64,000 nt of DNA from Auanema rhodensis. Taxonomy: Eukaryota; Animalia; Nematoda. The number at the start of each line of letters is the position of its first letter. The first letter of the stretch is position 1. Below the pieces are notes generated by a model that saw nothing but the letters and a program-made list of their open reading frames with translations, had not been told where the DNA came from and made no database searches. This document shows, piece after piece, positions 55,700-64,000 of this stretch. The DNA lies in contig OZ059894.1 in the NCBI GenBank assembly GCA_964057225.1, positions 22,816,001-22,880,000 of the forward strand, read 5' to 3'. The position numbers were made by a program, and so were the translations under genes.

Positions 55700-58600
55700 G
55701 AATGCACTATACTACATTGAGAAACGCTTAATACAAAAATTAGTTATGATCGTTTGAAAAATGATGCATTAGTGTATGTTGAGTTTCCATGTACACTCAA
55801 CATTGCTTCCAAAAACATTTTGACAAAAATTTTTTCGAAAAATTTCAGAATAATTTAGCAAAAAGTAGATGTTTTTAGATTCCATTTTTCAAGGCAAAGA
55901 CGATGGACAATGTTATTCAACGAAAAAATCAATTCTTCAGGGTGAAAATCGAGGATATAAGTGTGAACTTATATCAGTTGATATCTCGGTGCATTTTTAA
56001 GCTAGCGCAAATCTGATAACACAGATCGACGCAGCTTAAAAATCCGCATCGAATGCACTATACTACATTAAGAAACGCTTAATACAAAAATTAGTTATGA
56101 TCGTTTGAAAAATGATGCATTAGTGTATGTTGAGTTTCCATGTACACTCAACATTGCTTCCAAAAACATTTTGACAAAAATTTTTTCGAAAAATTTCAGA
56201 ATAATTTAGCAAAAAGTAGATGTTTTTAGATTCCATTTTTCAAGGCAAAGACGATGGACAATGTTATTCAACGAAAAAATCAATTCTTCAGGGTGAAAAT
56301 CGAGGATATAAGTGTGAACTTATATCAGTTGATATCTCGGTGCATTTTTAAGCTAGCGCAAATCTGATAACACAGATCGACGCAGCTTAAAAATCCGCAT
56401 CGAATGCACTATACTACATTAAGAAACGCTTAATACAAAAATTAGTTATGATCGTTTGAAAAATGATGCATTAGTGTATGTTGAGTTTCCATGTACACTC
56501 AACAATGCTTCCAAAAACATTTTGACAAAAATTTTTTCGAAAAATTTCAGAATAATTCAGCAAAAAGTAGATGATTTTAGATTTCATTTTTCAAGGCAAA
56601 GACGATGAACAATGTTATTCAACGAAAAAATTAATTCTTCAGGGTGAAAATCGAGGATATAAGTGTGAACTTATATCAGTTGATATCTCGGTGCATTTTT
56701 AAGCTAGCGCAAATCTGATAACACAGATCGACGCAGCTTAACAATCCGCATCGAATGCACTATACTACATTGAAAAACGCTTAATACAAAAATTAGTTAT
56801 GATCGTTTGAAAAATGATGCTTTAGTGTATGTTGAGTTTCCATGTACACTCAACATTGCTTCCAAAAACATTTTGACAAAAATTTTTTCGAAAAATTTCA
56901 GAATAATTTAGCAAAAAGTAGATGTTTTTAGATTCCATTTTTCAAGGCAAAGACGATGGACAATGTTATTCAACGAAAAAATCAATTCTTCAGGGTGAAA
57001 ATCGAGGATATAAGTGTGAACTTATATCAGTTGATATCTCGGTGCATTTTTAAGCTAGCGCAAATCTGATAACACAGATCGACGCAGCTTAAAAATCCGC
57101 ATCGAATGCACTATACTACATTAAGAAACGCTTAATACAAAAATTAGTTATGATCGTTTGAAAAATGATGCATTAGTGTATGTTGAGTTTCCATGTACAC
57201 TCAACATTGCTTCCAAAAACATTTTGACAAAAATTTTTTCGAAAAATTTCAGAATAATTCAGCAAAAAGTAGATGATTTTAGATTTCATTTTTCAAGGCA
57301 AAGACGATGAACAATGTTATTCAACGAAAAAATTAATTCTTCAGGGTGAAAATCGAGGATATAAGTGTGAACTTATATCAGTTGATATCTCGGTGCATTT
57401 TTAAGCTAGCGCAAATCTGATAACACAGATCGACGCAGCTTAACAATCCGCATCGAATGCACTATACTACATTGAAAAACGCTTAATACAAAAATTAGTT
57501 ATGATCGTTTGAAAAATGATGCTTTAGTGTATGTTGAGTTTCCATGTACACTCAACATTGCTTCCAAAAACATTTTGACAAAAATTTTTTCGAAAAATTT
57601 CAGAATAATTTAGCAAAAAGTAGATGTTTTTAGATTCCATTTTTCAAGGCAAAGACGATGGACAATGTTATTCAACGAAAAAATCAATTCTTCAGGGTGA
57701 AAATCGAGGATATAAGTGTGAACTTATATCAGTTGATATCTCGGTGCATTTTTAAGCTAGCGCAAATCTGATAACACAGATCGACGCAGCTTAAAAATCC
57801 GCATCGAATGCACTATACTACATTGAGAAACGATTAATACAAAAATTAGTTATGATCGTTTGAAAAATGATGCATTAGTGTATGTTGAGTTTCCATGTAC
57901 ACTCAACATTGCTTCCAAAAACATTTTGACAAAAATTTTTTCGAAAAATTTCAGAATAATTTAGCAAAAAGTAGATGTTTTTAGATTCCATTTTTCAAGG
58001 CAAAGACGATGGACAATGTTATTCAACGAAAAAATTAATTCTTCAGGGTGAAAATCGAGGATATAAGTGTGAACTTATATCAGTTGATATCTCGGTGCAT
58101 TTTTAAGCTAGCGCAAATCTGATAACACAGATCGACTCAGCTTAAAAATCCGCATCGAATGCACTATACTACATTAAGAAACGCTTAATACAAAAATTAG
58201 TTATGATCGTTTGAAACATGATGCATTAGTGTATGTTGAGTTTCCATGTACACTCAACATTGCTTCCAAAAACATTTTGACAAAAATTTTTTCGAAAAAT
58301 TTCAGAATAATTTAGCAAAAAGTAGATGTTTTTAGATTCCATTTTTCAAGGCAAAGACGATGGACAATGTTATTCAACGAAAAAATCAATTCTTCAGGGT
58401 GAAAATCGAGGATATAAGTGTGAACTTATATCAGTTGATATCTCGGTGCATTTTTAAGCTAGCGCAAATCTGATAACACAGATCGACGCAGCTTAAAAAT
58501 CCGCATCGAATGCACTATACTACATTAAGAAACGCTTAATACAAAAATTAGTTATGATCGTTTGAAAAATGATGCATTAGTGTATGTTGAGTTTCCATGT

Positions 58601-60600
58601 ACACTCAACATTGCTTCCAAAAACATTTTGACAAAAATTTTTTCGAAAAATTTCAGAATAATTTAGCAAAAAGTAGATGTTTTTAGATTCCATTTTTCAA
58701 GGCAAAGACGATGGACAATGTTATTCAACGAAAAAATCAATTCTTCAGGGTGAAAATCGAGGATATAAGTGTGAACTTATATCAGTTGATATCTCGGTGC
58801 ATTTTTAAGCTAGCGCAAATCTGATAACACAGATCGACGCAGCTTAAAAATCCGCATCGAATGCACTATACTACATTAAGAAACGCTTAATACAAAAATT
58901 AGTTATGATCGTTTGAAAAATGATGCATTAGTGTATGTTGAGTTTCCATGTACACTCAACATTGCTTCCAAAAACATTTTGACAAAAATTTTTTCGATAA
59001 TTTCAGAATAATTCAGCAAAAAGTAGATGATTTTAGATTTCATTTTTCAAGGCAAAGACGATGAACAATGTTATTCAACGAAAAAATTAATTCTTCAGGG
59101 TGAAAATCGAGGATATAAGTGTGAACTTATATCAGTTGATATCTCGGTGCATTTTTAAGCTAGCGCAAATCTGATAACACAGATCGACGCAGCTTAACAA
59201 TCCGCATCGAATGCACTATACTACATTGAAAAACGCTTAATACAAAAATTAGTTATGATCGTTTGAAAAATGATGCTTTAGTGTATGTTGAGTTTCCATG
59301 TACACTCAACATTGCTTCCAAAAACATTTTGACAAAAATTTTTTCGAAAAATTTCAGAATAATTTAGCAAAAAGTAGATGTTTTTAGATTCCATTTTTCA
59401 AGGCAAAGACGATGGACAATGTTATTCAACGAAAAAATCAATTCTTCAGGGTGAAAATCGAGGATATAAGTGTGAACTTATATCAGTTGATATCTCGGTG
59501 CATTTTTAAGCTAGCGCAAATCTGATAACACAGATCGACGCAGCTTAAAAATCCGCATCGAATGCACTATACTACATTAAGAAACGCTTAATACAAAAAT
59601 TAGTTATGATCGTTTGAAAAATGATGCATTAGTGTATGTTGAGTTTCCATGTACACTCAACATTGCTTCCAAAAACATTTTGACAAAAATTTTTTCGAAA
59701 AATTTCAGAATAATTCAGCAAAAAGTAGATGATTTTAGATTTCATTTTTCAAGGCAAAGACGATGAACAATGTTATTCAACGAAAAAATTAATTCTTCAG
59801 GGTGAAAATCGAGGATATAAGTGTGAACTTATATCAGTTGATATCTCGGTGCATTTTTAAGCTAGCGCAAATCTGATAACACAGATCGACGCAGCTTAAC
59901 AATCCGCATCGAATGCACTATACTACATTGAAAAACGCTTAATACAAAAATTAGTTATGATCGTTTGAAAAATGATGCTTTAGTGTATGTTGAGTTTCCA
60001 TGTACACTCAACATTGCTTCCAAAAACATTTTGACAAAAATTTTTTCGAAAAATTTCAGAATAATTTAGCAAAAAGTAGATGTTTTTAGATTCCATTTTT
60101 CAAGGCAAAGACGATGGACAATGTTATTCAACGAAAAAATCAATTCTTCAGGGTGAAAATCGAGGATATAAGTGTGAACTTATATCAGTTGATATCTCGG
60201 TGCATTTTTAAGCTAGCGCAAATCTGATAACACAGATCGACGCAGCTTAAAAATCCGCATCGAATGCACTATACTACATTGAGAAACGATTAATACAAAA
60301 ATTAGTTATGATCGTTTGAAAAATGATGCATTAGTGTATGTTGAGTTTCCATGTACACTCAACATTGCTTCCAAAAACATTTTGACAAAAATTTTTTCGA
60401 AAAATTTCAGAATAATTTAGCAAAAAGTAGATGTTTTTAGATTCCATTTTTCAAGGCAAAGACGATGGACAATGTTATTCAACGAAAAAATTAATTCTTC
60501 AGGGTGAAAATCGAGGATATAAGTGTGAACTTATATCAGTTGATATCTCGGTGCATTTTTAAGCTAGCGCAAATCTGATAACACAGATCGACGCAGCTTA
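55700..60600. repeat. Higher-order tandem duplication, 7-monomer unit (2456 bp; boundaries approximate)
   Basis: GATGCTTTAG variant at 56821/59277 and 57523/59979 (offset 2456 = 7x351-1, owing to a 350-bp monomer near 58998); CGATTAAT near 57831/60287. Confidence 0.8.
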
Positions 60601-63600
60601 AAAATCCGCATCGAATGCACTATACTATATTGAGAAACGCTTAATACAAAAATTAGTTATGATCGTTTGAAAAATGATGCATTAGTGTATGTTGAGTTTC
60701 CATGTACACTCAACATTGCTTCCAAAAACATTTTGACAAAAATTTTTTCGAAAAATTTCATAATAATTTAGCAAAAAGTAGATGTTTTTAGATTCCATTT
60801 TTCAAGGCAAAGACGATGGACAATGTGATTCAACGAAAAAATTAATTCTTCAGGGTGAAAATCGAGGATATAAGTGTGAACTTATATCAGTTGATATCTC
60901 GGTGCATTTTTAAGCTAGCGCAAATCTGATAACACAGATCGACGCAGCTTAAAAATCCGCATCGAATGCACTATACTATATTGAGAAACGCTTAATACAA
61001 AAATTAGTTATGATCGTTTGAAAAATGATGCATTAGTGTATGTTGAGTTTCCATGTACACTCAACATTGCTTCCAAAAACATTTTGACAAAAATTTTTTC
61101 GAAAAATTTCATAATAATTTAGCAAAAAGTAGATGTTTTTAGATTCCATTTTTCAAGGCAAAGACGATGGACATTGTTATTCAACGAAAAAATTAATTCT
61201 TCAGGGTGAAAATCGAGGATATATGTGTGAACTTATATCAGTTGATATCTCGGTGCATTTTTAAGCTAGCGCAAATCTGATAACACAGATCGACGCAGCT
61301 TAAAAATCCGCATCGAATGCACTATACCACATTGAGAAACGCTTAATACAAAAATTAGTTATGATCGTTTGAAAAATGATGCATTAGTGTATGTTGAGTT
61401 TCCATGTACACTCAACATTGCTTCCAAAAACATTTTGACAAAAATTTTTTCGAAAAATTTCAGAATAATTTAGCAAAAAGTAGATGTTTTCAGATTCCTT
61501 TTCTCAAGGCAAAGACGATGGTCAATGTTATTCAACGAAAAAATCAATTCTTCAGGGTGAAAATCGAGGATATAAGTGTGAACTTATATCAGTTGATATC
61601 TCGGTGCATTTTTAAGCTAGCGCAAATCTGATAACACAGATCGACGCAGCTTAAAAATCCGCATCGAATGCACTATACTACATTGAGAAACGCTTAATAC
61701 AAAAATTAGTTATGATCGTTTGAAAAATGATGCATTAGTGTATGTTGAGTTTCCATGTACACTCAACATTGCTTCCAAAAACATTTTGACAAAAATTTTT
61801 TCGAAAAATTTCAGAATAATTTAGCAAAAAGTAGATGTTTTTAGATTCCTTTTTTCAAGGCAAAGACGATGGTCAATGTTATTCAACGAAAAAATCAATT
61901 CTTCAGGGTGAAAATCGAGGATATAAGTGTGAACTTATATCAGTTGATATCTCGGTTTATTTTTAAGCTAGCGCAAATCTGATAATACAGATCGACGAGG
62001 CTTAAAAATCCGCATCGAATGCACTATACTACATTGAGAAACGCTTAATACAAAAATTAGTTATGATCGTTTGAAAAATGATGCATTAGTGTATGTTGAG
62101 TTTCCATGTACACTCAACATTGCTTCCAAAAACATTTTGACAAAAATTTTTTCGAAAAATTTCAGAATAATTTAGCAAAAAGTAGATGTTTTTAGATTCC
62201 TTTTTTCAAGGCAAAGACGATGGTCAATGTTATTCAACGAAAAAATCAATTCTTCAGGGTGAAAATCGAGGATATAAGTGTGAACTTATATCAGTTGATA
62301 TCTCGGTGCATTTTTAAGCTAGCGCAAATCTGATAACACAGATCGACGCAGCTTAAAAATCCGCATCGAATGCACTATACTACATTGAGAAACGCTTAAT
62401 ACAAAAATTAGTTATGATCGTTTGAAAAATGATGCATTAGTGTATGTTGAGTTTCCATGTACACTCAACATTGCTTCCAAAAACATTTTGACAAAAATTT
62501 TTTCGAAAAATTTCAGAATAATTTAGCAAAAACTAGATGTTTTTAGATTCCTTTTTTCAAGGCAAAGACGATGGTCAATGTTATTCAACGAAAAAATCAA
62601 TTCTTCAGGGTGAAAATCGAGGATATAAGTGTGAACTTATATCAGTTGATATCTCGGTGCATTTTTAAGCTAGCGCAAATCTGATAACACAGATCGACGC
62701 AGCTTAAAAATCCGCATCGAATGCACTATACTACATTAAGAAACGCTTAATACAAAAATTAGTTATGATCGTTTGAAAAATGATGCATTAGTGTATGTTG
62801 AGTTTCCATGTACACTCAACATTGCTTCCAAAAACATTTTGACAAAAATTTTTTCGAAAAATTTCAAAATAATTTAGCAAAAAGTAGATGTTTTTAGATT
62901 CCTTTTTTCAAGGCAAAGACGATGGACAATGTTATTCAACGAAAAAATTAATTCTTCAGGGTGAAAATCGAGGATATAAGTGTGAACTTATATCAGTTGA
63001 TATCTCGGTGCATTTTTAAGTTAGCGCAAATCTGATAACACAGATCGACGCAGCTTAAAAATCCGCATCGAATGCACTATACTACATTAAGAAACGCTTA
63101 ATACAAAAATTAGTTATGATCGTTTGAAAAATGATGCATTAGTGTATGTTGAGTTTCCATGTACACTCAACATTGCTTCCAAAAACATTTTGACAAAAAT
63201 TTTTTCGAAAAATTTCAAAATAATTTAGCAAAAAGTAGATGTTTTTAGATTCCTTTTTTCAAGGCAAAGACGATGGACAATGTTATTCAACGAAAAAATT
63301 AATTCTTCAGGGTGAAAATCGAGGATATAAGTGTGAACTTATATCAGTTGATATCTCGGTGCATTTTTAAGCTAGCGCAAATCTGATAACACAGATCGAC
63401 GCAGCTTAAAAATCCGCATCGAATGCACTATACTACATTGAGAAACGCTTAATACAAAAATTAGTTATGATCGTTTGAAAAATGATGCATTAGTGTATGT
63501 TGAGTTTCCATGTACACTCAACATTGCTTCCAAAAACATTTTGACAAAAATTTTTTCGAAAAATTTCAGAATAATTTAGCAAAAAGTAGATGTTTTTAGA

Positions 63601-64000
63601 TTCCTTTTTTCAAGGCAAAGACGATGGTCAATGTTATTCAACGAAAAAATCAATTCTTCAGGGTGAAAATCGAGGATATAAGTGTGAACTTATATCAGTT
63701 GATATCTCGGTGCATTTTTAAGCTAGCGCAAATCTGATAACACAGATCGACGCAGCTTAAAAATCCGCATCGAATGCACTATACTACATTAAGAAACGCT
63801 TAATACAAAAATTAGTTATGATCGTTTGAAAAATGATGCATTAGTGTATGTTGAGTTTCCATGTACACTCAACATTGCTTCCAAAAACATTTTGACAAAA
63901 ATTTTTTCGAAAAATTTCAAAATAATTTAGCAAAAAGTAGATGTTTTTAGATTCCTTTTTTCAAGGCAAAGACGATGGACAATGTTATTCAACGAAAAAA

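Larger units (their letters stand above)
1..64000. repeat. Tandem satellite DNA array, 351-bp monomer, about 184 units, highly homogeneous (a few substitutions between neighbours)
   Basis: GATTCCATTTTTCAAGGCAAAGACGATGG at 1 recurs at 352 and every 351 bp; 31240 = 1+89x351. Last monomer starts at 63950 = 1 + 181x351 + 3x136 + 11 - 1. No unique sequence or inversion seen; array runs off both window ends. Confidence 0.99.

Noticed and set aside
28694-61631. 75-aa and 70-aa ORFs
   Set aside because: Different frame of the same monomer, opened by TTTTAG to TTTCAG; the +T variant freely shifts the C-terminal frame; K/F/N-rich composition reflects A/T tracts. Useful only as variant markers.
1-64000. 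CRISPR or other repeat-spacer array
   Set aside because: No unique spacers; the entire unit repeats and no cas or other genes are present.
1-64000. Rolling-circle or sequencing concatemer artefact
   Set aside because: Variants are linked, recurrent and hierarchically ordered rather than random, as expected for a genuine evolved array; individual duplications could still be misassembled.

Overview
The whole 64-kb window is one head-to-tail, single-orientation tandem array of an AT-rich 351-bp monomer (about 32% GC by hand count of monomer 1), i.e. satellite DNA, most likely from eukaryotic centromeric or heterochromatic sequence. I see no genes, RNA genes, mobile-element insertions or unique sequence; all listed ORFs are by-products of monomer variants that remove a stop codon. 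Length bookkeeping closes exactly: 181 full monomers (eleven of 352 bp, one of 350 bp), three 136-bp truncated monomers and a final 51-bp partial unit starting at 63950. The interest lies in (i) a monomer built largely from inverted repeats, (ii) a thrice-seen 215-bp deletion junction whose two breakpoints fall at dyad centres, and (iii) variant-defined domains, local higher-order duplications of 3-12 monomers and 10-12 kb super-duplications that record the array's expansion history. I do not recognise the satellite family or organism.
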